From: Candidatus Marinacidobacterium sp.
GTDB lineage: Bacteria > Acidobacteriota > Vicinamibacteria > Marinacidobacterales > Marinacidobacteraceae
DNA: 64,000 bases
Reading direction: 5' to 3'
NCBI GenBank assembly: GCA_965250045.1
Contig: OZ252286.1
Coordinates: forward strand, 2,870,317-2,934,316
Shown here: piece by piece, positions 1 to 9,279 of the stretch
How positions within the stretch are numbered: the stretch's first letter is position 1
How the letters are laid out: each line of letters opens with the position of its first letter
Notes under the pieces: generated by a model
Databases searched by the model: none
What the model saw: only the letters and a program-made list of their open reading frames with translations
What the model was told of the DNA's origin: nothing
Made by a program: the position numbers and the translations under genes

Positions 1-397
1 CCTCACCGAGCAGAACACCGTCTGGAGCTATCGCCGGCGCGTCCCGCAGCTTCCCTCGCCCCTGCTCTATGGCGGCGTCCTCTACATGGTCAGTGACGGA
101 GGGATCGTCACCGCTCTCGACCCGGGCACCGGCGAGATGCTCTCCCAGGGACGGCTCACCGGAGCGGTGGATGCCTACTACGCCTCTCCGGTGGCCGCGG
201 ACGGCAAGATCTACTTCGTGAGCGAGTTGGGGATGGCTGCGGTGGTAAATCCGCTCGACCCGGGAGAGAAGTCGCCGGAACTCGACGTGATCCGGGTGAA
301 TCCGCTGGGAGAATCGGTGTACGCCACTCCGGCGATCGCACCCTCGCGCCTCTACATCCGGACCGTCGAAGCCCTCTACGCTTTCGGGCCGGAGTAG
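1..397 (+). CDS. PQQ-like beta-propeller repeat protein, C-terminal fragment (5' end outside window)
   Basis: ORF ends 397; the 'DGKIYFVS...LYIRTVEALYAFGP' repeat motifs match the two downstream propeller genes. Confidence 0.5.
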   Translation, partial: LTEQNTVWSYRRRVPQLPSPLLYGGVLYMVSDGGIVTALDPGTGEMLSQGRLTGAVDAYYASPVAADGKIYFVSELGMAAVVNPLDPGEKSPELDVIRVNPLGESVYATPAIAPSRLYIRTVEALYAFGPE

Positions 398-463
398 TCG
401 AGCGCCGTTACCACCCGGGTCGGTGGCCGGGCGATTCCGGCCGGAGGACGGGTGGGCCCTTCC

Positions 464-1192
464 TCATCTCGTGGCGGTGTAGGCGATCACTGGCGGATTG
501 TTGAGGAAATCGTCCCAGAAGGGGTTGCCCCGCTCGGCCGGGTGGAGCGAGACGCCGAGCCAGCGGAAATCGTGGAATCCCGCCTCCGCGAACGCTTCCG
601 CGTAAGTCTCCGGTCTCAGGAAGTAGTTTTCGAACCCGAATTGCCGGCCGTCGTTGTTGGTGAACCGGTAGCGGATGGGAGCCCCCTCGCGAAGGACGGG
701 AGGTCCCGTCTTCTCGATGCCGTACTTCTGCAGGGAAACTGTGCCCCGCGGGGGCTTCAGCACGTTGTCGTTGAATCCGACGAGCCGCCCCCCGGGCCGG
801 AGCGCCCCGTGACAGACGCCGAGGAAGCGGCCGAGTTTTTCCGCGCTCCCCGCGTAGTGCAGCAGATACATCGCCACCACCAGGTCCACCGGCCCGGCGG
901 GTCGGTAGTCGGCCGCGTCGGAACAGACGTAGCGGCATCCCAGCGGGTTCTCGTTCTCCTGCCGCTCGGCCAATCGGATCATCGCTTCGGAGATGTCCAC
1001 TCCCGCGACCTCCGCGGCGCCTCGGCGCTTCAGTAGCCGGGTGTAGAAACCCTCGCCGCAGGCGAGGTCCAGCACGGTCTGGCCGTGCACCTCCCCAAGG
1101 GCCTCGAACAGCGTGTAACGCTCGATGTACTTCCGGAAAGGAAGCTGTTTCGAGTCCCGGTAGGCGTCGGCGATCGCGTCGTACTGAGCCAT
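464..1192 (-). CDS. Class I SAM-dependent methyltransferase
   Basis: Start trimmed to the ATG at 1190-1192 (MAQYDAIADAY...); 'VLDLACGEGFYT' SAM-binding motif I; the upstream 130 aa of the ORF look like non-coding GC-rich translation. Confidence 0.7.
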   Translation of the reverse strand: MAQYDAIADAYRDSKQLPFRKYIERYTLFEALGEVHGQTVLDLACGEGFYTRLLKRRGAAEVAGVDISEAMIRLAERQENENPLGCRYVCSDAADYRPAGPVDLVVAMYLLHYAGSAEKLGRFLGVCHGALRPGGRLVGFNDNVLKPPRGTVSLQKYGIEKTGPPVLREGAPIRYRFTNNDGRQFGFENYFLRPETYAEAFAEAGFHDFRWLGVSLHPAERGNPFWDDFLNNPPVIAYTATR

Positions 1193-1279
1193 GGCGGGCC
1201 GAGGATATCCACGGAAGGGATAATGGGGAACGCAGTGGCGGGTCCGACTACAACCCGCCCAGCACGCGGAGGATCCGGT

Positions 1280-3472
1280 GTGAAGTCCCTTCCTTTCCTT
1301 GCAGCCACGCTCGCGCTTCTCGTCGCGCCAGTCGTCGGAGCCCAGGAGGACCCCGGAGAGGCCCTCCGGAGCGCCGCCCGGGAGGGCGACCTGGGGCGGG
1401 TCGAAGAGTTGCTCGCCGGGGGCGCATCCGTTGATGCCCCCAACCGCTACGGAGCGACCGCCCTCTTCTTCGCCGCCGACCGGGGACACCTGGAGGTCGT
1501 CAGGCGCCTCGCCGACGCCGGGGCCGATATTGACCTCTCCGACCGGTTCTACCAGATGACCGCGCTCAGCCGGGCGGCGGGTTCCGGACATCGCGAGGTG
1601 GTGCTCTTTCTCCTGGGAAGGGGCGCGGCGGGTGCGGGGTCGGTCCTCCTCCGGGCGGCGCGCGGGGGTGACGAGGGGTTGCTACGCGCGGTCCTCGAGA
1701 ACGGGAACTTCGACGAGGACGCGCTGTCCGCCGCCCGAGAAGCTGCCGCCTCGGATGATGTGTCGGCGCTGCTCCGGGGGCGCACCGCACGCGCGGTCGC
1801 CGCTCCGGAGCTGACCGAGGAGGCCCGGCGGCGACTCGCCGGCAGCTACTGGAACGAGACCATCGAGCGGGGGGTCCTGGTCACCGCCGAGGATGGAATG
1901 CTTCGGGCGCAGCACTTCGAGCGGGATGCTGATTCCGGGAATGACCGCTTCGCCGCGCCGGCGGTGGTGCTCACCCCACGCGGGGGGCCTCGCTCGTTCG
2001 TGACCGACGAAGGGGGGGATCGCTACGGGTTTCAGGGCCGCGGCGGGATGGTCGAGAACCTGATCGTGGAACGGGGCGGCGAGCCCGTCACCTACCCGCC
2101 GGAGGGGGAGACGGAGGGCCGCGCTGCGGCGAGGGAGACCGCGGAAGCTCCGGTCGAAGCGGACTTGGCCCCCGGGGATCTGGCGCCGATACGGGCGCGC
2201 CCGTGGCCGCAGTTCCGAGGCCCCGGCGGCTCCGGAATCGCGGATGAGCAAGGGGTACCGCTCCGTTGGAACGCCTCCGAGGGCACGGGGATCGCTTGGG
2301 AGGCGCCCCTGCCGGGGCTCGGCATCTCGAGTCCGATCGTGTGGGGCGACCGGGTGTTCGTGGTCGTGGCGGCAAGCCTCACGGAGGACTCGGAGTTCCG
2401 TATCGGCCTTTACGGCGATGTCGCCCCGGTACAGAACGACAGCGAACACCGCTGGGAACTCCGGGCGTACGACGTCTCGACCGGTGAGCCGGTCTGGACC
2501 AGGGAACTCCGGCGAGGCGTGCCCAAAACGCGTCGCCACACGAAGTCCAGCCAGGCGAACGCGACCCCGGTAACCGACGGCGAACGGATCGTGACCCTGA
2601 TCGGCAGCATGGGCGTGTTGATGTGTCACGACCTCGAAGGGAACCTGCTATGGGAGCGAGAAGTGGGCGTCCTGAACAGCGGCTGGTTCTACGACCCCGA
2701 CTACCAGTGGGGGCACGCCTCCTCGCCGGTCATCCACGACGGCGCGGTGATTGTGCTTGCCGACGTTCACGGCGAAGCTTTCCTCGGCGCGTTTGAGCTC
2801 GACACGGGGGAGCCCCGGTGGCGGGCGGCCCGGGACGAGGTCTCCACCTTCTCGACCCCGCTGGTCCACGAGATTTCCGGGGGCGCCGAAATCGTGGTGA
2901 ACGGCACGGTGATCCGCGGGTACGACGCGGCGACCGGCGCCGAGCGCTGGCGCCTCGGTCCCAATTCGGAAATCCCGATCGGCGTCCCGCTGCTTGGAGA
3001 CGGACTCCTGTTCTTACAGGCGGGTTATCCGCCGATCCGGCCCATCTACGCGATCCGCCCCGGCTCGGAAGGGGACCTGAGCCTCACTCCAGGCGAGGAC
3101 TCGAGCGAGGCGATCGCCTGGAGCAAGAACCGGGGTGGGGTCTACATCCCCTCGCCACTCTTCTACCGCGGCGTTCTCTATCTGAACGCCAACAACGGCC
3201 GGCTCTCAGCCTACGACGGCGAGACCGGAGAACGTCTCTACCGGGCCCGGATCGGAGGGGTAGGGGGTTCGTATGCGGCTTCCCCGATCGCCGCGGACGG
3301 CCGGCTCTACTTCACGTCGGAGGAGGGGGAGACGTTCGTGGTCCGCGCTGGGCGCGATTACGAACTCCTCGCGCGGAACAGCGTGGACCGGATCGTGATG
3401 GCCTCTCCGGCAGCGAGCGGCGGCGTGCTGGTCGTCCGCGCGATCGACCGGCTCTACGGGATCGTCCGCTAA
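1280..3472 (+). CDS. Secreted ankyrin-repeat plus PQQ-like beta-propeller (BamB-like) protein
   Basis: GTG start gives signal peptide KSLPFLAATLALLVAPVVGAQE; ankyrin repeats (GATALFFAADRGHLEVVRRLADAGADID); C-terminal half has repeated 'DG.LY' propeller blades. Start choice is uncertain. Confidence 0.6.
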   Translation: MKSLPFLAATLALLVAPVVGAQEDPGEALRSAAREGDLGRVEELLAGGASVDAPNRYGATALFFAADRGHLEVVRRLADAGADIDLSDRFYQMTALSRAAGSGHREVVLFLLGRGAAGAGSVLLRAARGGDEGLLRAVLENGNFDEDALSAAREAAASDDVSALLRGRTARAVAAPELTEEARRRLAGSYWNETIERGVLVTAEDGMLRAQHFERDADSGNDRFAAPAVVLTPRGGPRSFVTDEGGDRYGFQGRGGMVENLIVERGGEPVTYPPEGETEGRAAARETAEAPVEADLAPGDLAPIRARPWPQFRGPGGSGIADEQGVPLRWNASEGTGIAWEAPLPGLGISSPIVWGDRVFVVVAASLTEDSEFRIGLYGDVAPVQNDSEHRWELRAYDVSTGEPVWTRELRRGVPKTRRHTKSSQANATPVTDGERIVTLIGSMGVLMCHDLEGNLLWEREVGVLNSGWFYDPDYQWGHASSPVIHDGAVIVLADVHGEAFLGAFELDTGEPRWRAARDEVSTFSTPLVHEISGGAEIVVNGTVIRGYDAATGAERWRLGPNSEIPIGVPLLGDGLLFLQAGYPPIRPIYAIRPGSEGDLSLTPGEDSSEAIAWSKNRGGVYIPSPLFYRGVLYLNANNGRLSAYDGETGERLYRARIGGVGGSYAASPIAADGRLYFTSEEGETFVVRAGRDYELLARNSVDRIVMASPAASGGVLVVRAIDRLYGIVR

Positions 3473-3593
3473 CAGCCTGTGGTGGAACCCGGGTGAGCGC
3501 CGAGAGCGGGGAGGCGCCCGGCTGACAAGGCGCGTGAGGGAGGAGCCCCCACCGGGAGAACTGGGCCGTCTGGGTTTCACCACAGGCTGCTAA
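3469..3593. repeat. MITE copy a (short deletion variant), TIR CAGCCTGTGGTG / CACCACAGGCTG, flanked by CTAA
   Basis: Inverted termini at 3473-3486 and 3576-3589; internal segments match copies at 35508, 37399 and 45554. The left CTAA overlaps the TAA stop of the upstream gene. Confidence 0.75.
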
Positions 3594-3657
3594 CGGTCGT
3601 GGATGCGGCGCGCCGCTTCTCCGCCTTCTACAATTGAGCCTTTCCGGAGGTACCGCC

Positions 3658-5025
3658 ATGCGCCGCCAGTCTTTTCGTGTTCTCCTGGTCCTGCTGGCCG
3701 CCGGCCTGCTGCCGGCCGGGGTCGTCCTTGGCGAGGACTGGCCGCACTGGCGGGGGCCGACGCATGACGGCGTCAGCGATGAAGTGGGACTCCCGGTGGA
3801 GTGGGACACCGAAAGCGGCATCGTCTGGAAAATCGAGCTGCCCGCCTGGAGCGGGGCGACCCCGATCATTTCCGGCGACACCATCTTTCTGAACGTCTCC
3901 ATCCCCGCCGACCCATCCGGCGTTCCGGCGAATCCCTCCGAGGGCTACGGCCGGGGCCGCCGGGGCGGCGGGGCCGTCTCCGGCCGGGGGAACGTCGCCT
4001 ACTCGGGGCACATCGAGCTCTGGGCGCTCGATCGGAACGACGGTTCGGTCCGCTGGATCCGGCACCTGAGCGACCGGGACCGGCGCGGGCGGAAGCAGAA
4101 CATGTCCTCGCCCTCTCCGGTCACCGACGGGGAGCACGTCTTCGTCCTGACCGGCACCGGAGTCCTCAAGGCCTTCGACTTCGACGGAACGGAACTCTGG
4201 TCCCGCAACATTCCGGCGGACTACGGCGATTTCGGCCTCAACTGGGGCTACGCGAGCAGCCCGCTCCTGTTCGGGGACGGGATCTACGTGCAGGTGCTTC
4301 ACGGAATGAAGACCGACGATCCGTCCTACGTGCTTCGGATTGATCCCGCTTCGGGCGCAACCGTCTGGCGGATGGAGCGGCCCACGGAGGCGATCCGGGA
4401 ATCGCCCGATTCCTATACGACTCCCTTCGTGCACGAGGTGAACGGGCGCTCCGAACTCGTGATCACCGGCGGCGACGTCGTGACCGGGCACGATCTCGAT
4501 ACCGGCCGGGAGCGCTGGCGCTCCCGCGGCCTGAACCCCAAGAACAACGGCGCCTACCGCATCATCGCGTCACCGGTCGTCAAGGACGGGATCATCTACG
4601 CGCCGACCCGGGTGAAGCCGCTGCTCGCGCTCCGTGCCGGCGGGGAAGGGGACATCACCGATTCGCACCGCATCTGGTCGTTCGACCGGGGCCCCGATGT
4701 TCCGAGCCCGGTGACCGACGGCAAGCGCTTCTACGTGGTCACCGACAACGGGGTGCTGTACGCGCTGGATGCCAAGACCGGGGAAGTCCTCCTGGGCCCG
4801 ACACGCCTGCCGTCCGGAACCTACAGCGCTTCACCCGTGCTGGCCGAGGGCCGGCTCTACGTCATCAACGAGGACGGGGTGGCCTCGGTCGTGGGGCTCG
4901 GTGACGACGAACTCGAGATTCTGGCCACGAACGACATGGGCGCCTACACGCTCAGTTCGATGGCGATGTCGAACGGACAGATCTTCCTGAGGACCGCGGA
5001 AGCGCTCTACTGCATCGGGCAGTAG
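3658..5025 (+). CDS. Secreted PQQ-like beta-propeller (BamB family) protein
   Basis: Signal peptide MRRQSFRVLLVLLAAGLLPAGVVLG followed by a W..WRGP motif, repeated blades and C-terminal 'LRTAEALYCIGQ'. It is a paralog of the preceding gene. Confidence 0.65.
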   Translation: MRRQSFRVLLVLLAAGLLPAGVVLGEDWPHWRGPTHDGVSDEVGLPVEWDTESGIVWKIELPAWSGATPIISGDTIFLNVSIPADPSGVPANPSEGYGRGRRGGGAVSGRGNVAYSGHIELWALDRNDGSVRWIRHLSDRDRRGRKQNMSSPSPVTDGEHVFVLTGTGVLKAFDFDGTELWSRNIPADYGDFGLNWGYASSPLLFGDGIYVQVLHGMKTDDPSYVLRIDPASGATVWRMERPTEAIRESPDSYTTPFVHEVNGRSELVITGGDVVTGHDLDTGRERWRSRGLNPKNNGAYRIIASPVVKDGIIYAPTRVKPLLALRAGGEGDITDSHRIWSFDRGPDVPSPVTDGKRFYVVTDNGVLYALDAKTGEVLLGPTRLPSGTYSASPVLAEGRLYVINEDGVASVVGLGDDELEILATNDMGAYTLSSMAMSNGQIFLRTAEALYCIGQ

Positions 5026-5026
5026 A

Positions 5027-5485
5027 TTGTTGCGGCGGCGCGAGGCCGATATCCGTCGGGACAACCGGTCGATCTCGGGATCCTGGCTACGAAGAATCTG
5101 GACCCCCAACGCACTGATTCGATTCGCGCTCGCCAGCGCCCTGCTGCTCACTTCGTGTAGCGGCGACAGCGGCGCCGGTAACCTGACGGCGCCGGCGCTC
5201 TCGCCCCGTGCGCAGCGACTGACCGGCCTCTCGGTGGTCGCTCCACAGACGTCGATCCGGGTGGGCCAGTCGGTCGGGCCGCTCGTGGCCCGCGGCACTT
5301 ACGACGACGGCCCCTCGGCAACGGTCGATGTGACCTGGGCGTCCACGGATCCCGCAGTCTTGACGGTGGACCAGAACGGAGTGGTGACCGGCGTCGGCGT
5401 CGGAGCGGCCAAAGTGACCGCCACCTTCGGGCCGTGGACGGCGGAAGCGGCGTTCACGGTGCTCCCCCGAGCGCCCGGAATCTGA
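5027..5485 (+). CDS. Big_2 (bacterial Ig-like) domain lipoprotein
   Basis: Lipobox-like 'ALLLTSCSG'; Big_2-like 'VDVTWASTDPAVLTVDQNGVVTGVGVGAAKVTATFG'. True start is probably internal (non-ATG). Confidence 0.45.
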   Translation: MLRRREADIRRDNRSISGSWLRRIWTPNALIRFALASALLLTSCSGDSGAGNLTAPALSPRAQRLTGLSVVAPQTSIRVGQSVGPLVARGTYDDGPSATVDVTWASTDPAVLTVDQNGVVTGVGVGAAKVTATFGPWTAEAAFTVLPRAPGI

Positions 5486-7445
5486 CGGATCCGCCGGACG
5501 GCTTCGGGGGCCCGCCGGTGGCGCCCACCACCGCGCGCCGCCTGCCCTTGGACGCGAAGACGAGCAGCGCCGCCAGGGCCGCGAGTCCGAGGAAGTTCGC
5601 GAGGGCGAACAGTTCGTCAGGGGCCGGCGGCCACAGGAGGAGCGCCGCCGCCCCCAGGGCCAGGCTCCGGAATCCAGCGCTCAAAGGACCGAACAGCCAG
5701 CCCACGATGCCCACGGAGAGGAGCAGGACCACCGCGCCCCCAAGCAGGAAAGCGACGATCGCTCCGGGTACGCCCCGTCCGCCGTCCAGAATCAGCAACA
5801 GTTCGGGACGGAAGACGAAGAAATAGGGCAGGGCAAACCCAGCCAGCGCGAAGCGGAAGGCGGTGAGCGCGACGGGCAGGATCGGGGTGCCTGCAATTCC
5901 GGCTGTCGTGTACGCCGCGAGGGCCACCGGGGGAGTCACCATGGACATCATTCCGAAATAGAAGATGAAGAAATGGACCGACAGCGGCGGAACCCCGAGC
6001 TGGCCAATCACCGGGCCGATCAGGATCGCCATCAGGAGGTAACAGACGGCCGAGGGCAGTCCCATCCCCAAGACTATGGACCCAACCATAATGAGGAGGA
6101 GGGCGGGGAGCAGGCCCTCACCGGCAACGGAGAGCACCGTCGCTGGAAAGCGGGTGCCGAGCCCGGTCAGGGTGACCATCCCGAGGATGATTCCAACCGA
6201 GCCGGCGGCCGCCACCAGGGGCGCCGCACCCGCCGCGATGCGGCCCAGCCCTTCCCAGAGCTTCTTGAGATCCGGACGAGTAGCGGGGTGCCAAACGGAA
6301 GTCGCCACGACGATTGCGAGGGCGATGCTGACCGCCCGGAACACCGTCCGGCCCGCCACCAGTGCGACGATGAGGGCTATGAGACCGACACAGAAGACGA
6401 TTCCCGCCTGAATCGGGACGGAGCCGCTTTCTTCCCGCGGCGGCGCTTCGCCATGAGCCCGGCCCAGATAGCGGCGTGCATAAAGATGGACCATGGCGAT
6501 CAGCGCCGCGTAATAGAGGAGCGCCGGCAGGATGGCCGCCCGCACGACCTGCAGGTAACTGACCGGAGGATCCACGAGCTCCAGCATCATGTAGGCGCCG
6601 GCGCCCATTACCGGCGGGACCAGCGCCGCACCGGAACTGGCCGCCGCGGTGATCGCGGCGGCGGCCCGCGCGCTGAACCCGGTGCTCTGCATCAATGGGA
6701 TGGTCAGCGTCCCGGTGGTGGCGGCGCCCGCCACCGCGCTCCCGGAAAGCGAACCCATCATGGCGTTCGCGACCACAGAAACCTTGGCCGCTCCGCCCAC
6801 GGTCCCGCGAAACACCCGGCGCGCCGAAGTGGTGATGAAGCGGATGGCTCCCGTCTGCTGCAGCGCCGCGCCAAAAACGACGAACAGGAACACATAGGCG
6901 AACATCACCTTCATCGCGATCCCGAAGACGCCTTGGCTCTGCAAGAAGCCCTGGGATGCGATGCGGGCGAGGGAATAGCCGCGATGGGGGAAGAGCAATT
7001 CTGGGAGATAGGGGCCAAGGACTGCGTGGAGCAGAAAAAGGCCGGTGAGAATGGGCAGGGCCGGACCGATCACCCGCCAGGTGGCGGCAAGCACGCCGGC
7101 GAGGCCCACAAGGCCCACCGCGATGTCGAGCGAACTCTCGCCGCCGGCACGATCTCCGAGCGTCGTGGGGCCGAAGCCGCTCCAGTAGAGAACGAAGGCG
7201 CACCCGGCAACCGCCGCTACCAGGCCACAAACGTCAACCCCGCGTCGCCACCAGGGATCATCCGCTTTCATTCGAAGGAGAAAGCAGAGCGGCAACCCGA
7301 ACAGCGCGAACGCGGCCAACTGAGCCTGAGGGGTCAGCACCGGCCGATTCACCTCGACCAGCACAAAGGCGGTGAGCAGTAGCGTGAGGATCCCGATCAC
7401 GGCGCTGCGAACGCTCGCCGACGCCCGTGGACCCGATTCAGTCAC
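5454..7445 (-). CDS. TRAP transporter fused 4TM/12TM permease (TAXI-type)
   Basis: 663-aa polytopic membrane protein with the glycine-rich DctM-like core (GAGAYMMLELV..., FIFYFGMMSMVTPPVALAAY) and an N-terminal small-permease-like region. It sits directly upstream of the TAXI receptor. Confidence 0.75.
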   Translation of the reverse strand: MTESGPRASASVRSAVIGILTLLLTAFVLVEVNRPVLTPQAQLAAFALFGLPLCFLLRMKADDPWWRRGVDVCGLVAAVAGCAFVLYWSGFGPTTLGDRAGGESSLDIAVGLVGLAGVLAATWRVIGPALPILTGLFLLHAVLGPYLPELLFPHRGYSLARIASQGFLQSQGVFGIAMKVMFAYVFLFVVFGAALQQTGAIRFITTSARRVFRGTVGGAAKVSVVANAMMGSLSGSAVAGAATTGTLTIPLMQSTGFSARAAAAITAAASSGAALVPPVMGAGAYMMLELVDPPVSYLQVVRAAILPALLYYAALIAMVHLYARRYLGRAHGEAPPREESGSVPIQAGIVFCVGLIALIVALVAGRTVFRAVSIALAIVVATSVWHPATRPDLKKLWEGLGRIAAGAAPLVAAAGSVGIILGMVTLTGLGTRFPATVLSVAGEGLLPALLLIMVGSIVLGMGLPSAVCYLLMAILIGPVIGQLGVPPLSVHFFIFYFGMMSMVTPPVALAAYTTAGIAGTPILPVALTAFRFALAGFALPYFFVFRPELLLILDGGRGVPGAIVAFLLGGAVVLLLSVGIVGWLFGPLSAGFRSLALGAAALLLWPPAPDELFALANFLGLAALAALLVFASKGRRRAVVGATGGPPKPSGGSVRFRALGGAP

Positions 7446-7562
7446 CAGGAGCGCCGGCCAGTCTCCCGGTGGGGGCCTTCAGACCGGCATCGCCGCCCGC
7501 AGGGCGGCGAGATGCGAAGCCGGACTCCTTGAATATCCATCCAGGCCCGAAAGAGCGGCGGG

Positions 7563-8558
7563 CTAACGGCCGGGATTGGAATCCGGCCAGATCCCCGCTT
7601 CCCGATAAAAGCGCACGGCGCCGGGATGGAACGGGACGCCGGTGTTCCGGGAGGCGTTGTTCTCGTTGATGGCTCGGCCGGCGGGATGTTTTTCGACCAC
7701 CGATTCGCGCCGTTCCCACAGCGCGCGCGTCACCTGATAGATGGTTTCCTCATCGGCATCCGCCCGGGTGATGACGTGCATGGAGCCTACGTCGAGGCCC
7801 AGGTAGTCCTCGTCCTGCCCCCGGTAGGTTCCGGCCGGAATGATCGCCTCCCGATAGAACGGATACTGCTCGGCAAGCTGGCTGCGGATCTCCGGGTCCA
7901 ACGGGACGAGCAGCGATTCCATGCCGGCGGTCGCCTGCACGATGGATGCGGTGGGAATCGCACCCCCCAGAAAAGCAGCCACCGCCGAGTCGTCGCTCAG
8001 CATGTCCACGGCGCCCGCCTGGGTGTTGTAGAGCGGAATGAAGTCTTCGTAGGTAACGCCGTGCGCTTCCACGATCGGCCGGATGAAGTGCTCGAACCCG
8101 GCCCCGGCAACGCCAACGACGACCCGGTTGCCGGCGAGGTCCTGAATGCGGTTGATCTCATGCCGGCGGGGTGAAACGAAGGTTGCCACGTTGGGCGCCA
8201 GGGTCATGACCGCCTGAACCGGATAGGACCGGCCCCAGCCGTCCTCGCCGCGCGCCGCGAAGTAGGTGACGGCCGCGTTCGAGATCGCTAGATCCAGTTC
8301 CCCCGTAGCCAGCCGGCGGATGTTCTCGCCCGAACCCTTGGTCGCTTCGGCGGTGACTCGGAGACCTGACTCGCCGAGGACTTGCGCGAGTGCCCCGCCG
8401 ACGACGAAGAATGCCCCACCAGGCGGCGCGGTGCCGAGGCTCAGGAACCGCGGTCCCGCGCCGTCGCCTCCGCTTCCGCATCCCGGCAGAACCAGCAGCG
8501 GGAGAAGCCAGGGAGCCAGGGCACGGAGAATGACCGCGCCGCGGGAGCGGGAATGCAC
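7563..8558 (-). CDS. TAXI-family TRAP transporter solute receptor (lipoprotein)
   Basis: GTG start at 8556-8558 gives a signal peptide with lipobox LLVLPGCGSG. TAXI motifs: GTAPPGGAFFVVGGALAQV, LDLAISNAAVTYFA, PFHPGAVRFYREAG. Confidence 0.7.
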   Translation of the reverse strand: MHSRSRGAVILRALAPWLLPLLVLPGCGSGGDGAGPRFLSLGTAPPGGAFFVVGGALAQVLGESGLRVTAEATKGSGENIRRLATGELDLAISNAAVTYFAARGEDGWGRSYPVQAVMTLAPNVATFVSPRRHEINRIQDLAGNRVVVGVAGAGFEHFIRPIVEAHGVTYEDFIPLYNTQAGAVDMLSDDSAVAAFLGGAIPTASIVQATAGMESLLVPLDPEIRSQLAEQYPFYREAIIPAGTYRGQDEDYLGLDVGSMHVITRADADEETIYQVTRALWERRESVVEKHPAGRAINENNASRNTGVPFHPGAVRFYREAGIWPDSNPGR

Positions 8559-8568
8559 CGGGTACGAG

Positions 8569-9165
8569 CTATCGCGACAGGGCGGCCAGCGGACCGGAGA
8601 GCGCTTCCGCCAGGTCGTCCAGGGTGTCGAACCCTCCGCGCGCTCCGCCGGACTCCGAGAGGGCAAAACCCGGGAGAATCCGTTCCGTGCCGTCCTCATC
8701 GGTCCTCAGGTGCCTTTTCCCGGCCTCCCCGGCTGTCACCCGGGAAAGCCGCCCGCTCTCTCCGCTCAGGAAGACCAGCGCCCGTTCGCCCACCATGAAC
8801 TGGGCGGAGTGCGTAGCGATCATCCGGGTATCCCCGACCGTTCCGCCCGGAATCCGGAAGCGGACGAGATTCCGGACCGCGCCCTTGAAGCTGCGCTCCG
8901 TGCGGAGGGTCACAGTGGTGAAGATCTCGCGGCGGTCAGCCGTCCGGGCCGACCGCATGTCCAGCACCTCTCCGGCAACGATGGTGTCCGAGCGCTCGAG
9001 CAATTCAGAAAGCGCCGGCCATGCGTACGGATTCCGGAAGGGCTCCGGCGTCCGGCCGCGCTGCGCCGGCGCGGACAGCGCCGAGACCAGAACCCCGGCG
9101 GAAACGAGGAGGGCGAAGGCGCCGGCCCGTCTGGCCCACGCATCGTGCTTATGAATACCGCACAT
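8569..9165 (-). CDS. Hypothetical secreted protein
   Basis: ATG at 9163-9165 followed by a signal peptide (AFALLVSAGVLVSALSAPAQ). Protein-like composition starts only at this Met, so the longer ORF to 10518 is rejected. Confidence 0.5.
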   Translation of the reverse strand: MCGIHKHDAWARRAGAFALLVSAGVLVSALSAPAQRGRTPEPFRNPYAWPALSELLERSDTIVAGEVLDMRSARTADRREIFTTVTLRTERSFKGAVRNLVRFRIPGGTVGDTRMIATHSAQFMVGERALVFLSGESGRLSRVTAGEAGKRHLRTDEDGTERILPGFALSESGGARGGFDTLDDLAEALSGPLAALSR

Positions 9166-9279
9166 GGTCCAAGCATACCCACACGGCTTCGGCGCGCGCC
9201 ACCCTCGCGGGCAACCCCCGAAGCGCGTCCGCCGGAGCACGCGCTCCCGAGCGGGGTTGAACGGTGTCACAATTCCCGG

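Noticed and set aside
452-1036. 194-aa plus ORF opposite the methyltransferase
   Set aside because: Antisense shadow ORF; the methyltransferase frame carries clear SAM-binding motifs.
5973-7382. Long plus-strand ORFs (469 aa, 111 aa, 82 aa) and a 370-aa minus ORF overlapping the TRAP permease gene
   Set aside because: Arg/Gly/Pro-rich 'shadow' ORFs typical of a 70% GC antisense or off-frame translation; the TRAP permease frame has a coherent membrane-protein sequence.
8266-9279. N-terminal 338 codons of ORF 8266-10428 and the 8569-10518 minus ORF beyond 9165
   Set aside because: These overlap the well-supported TAXI receptor and secreted-protein genes on the other strand, and protein-like sequence begins only at the trimmed starts.
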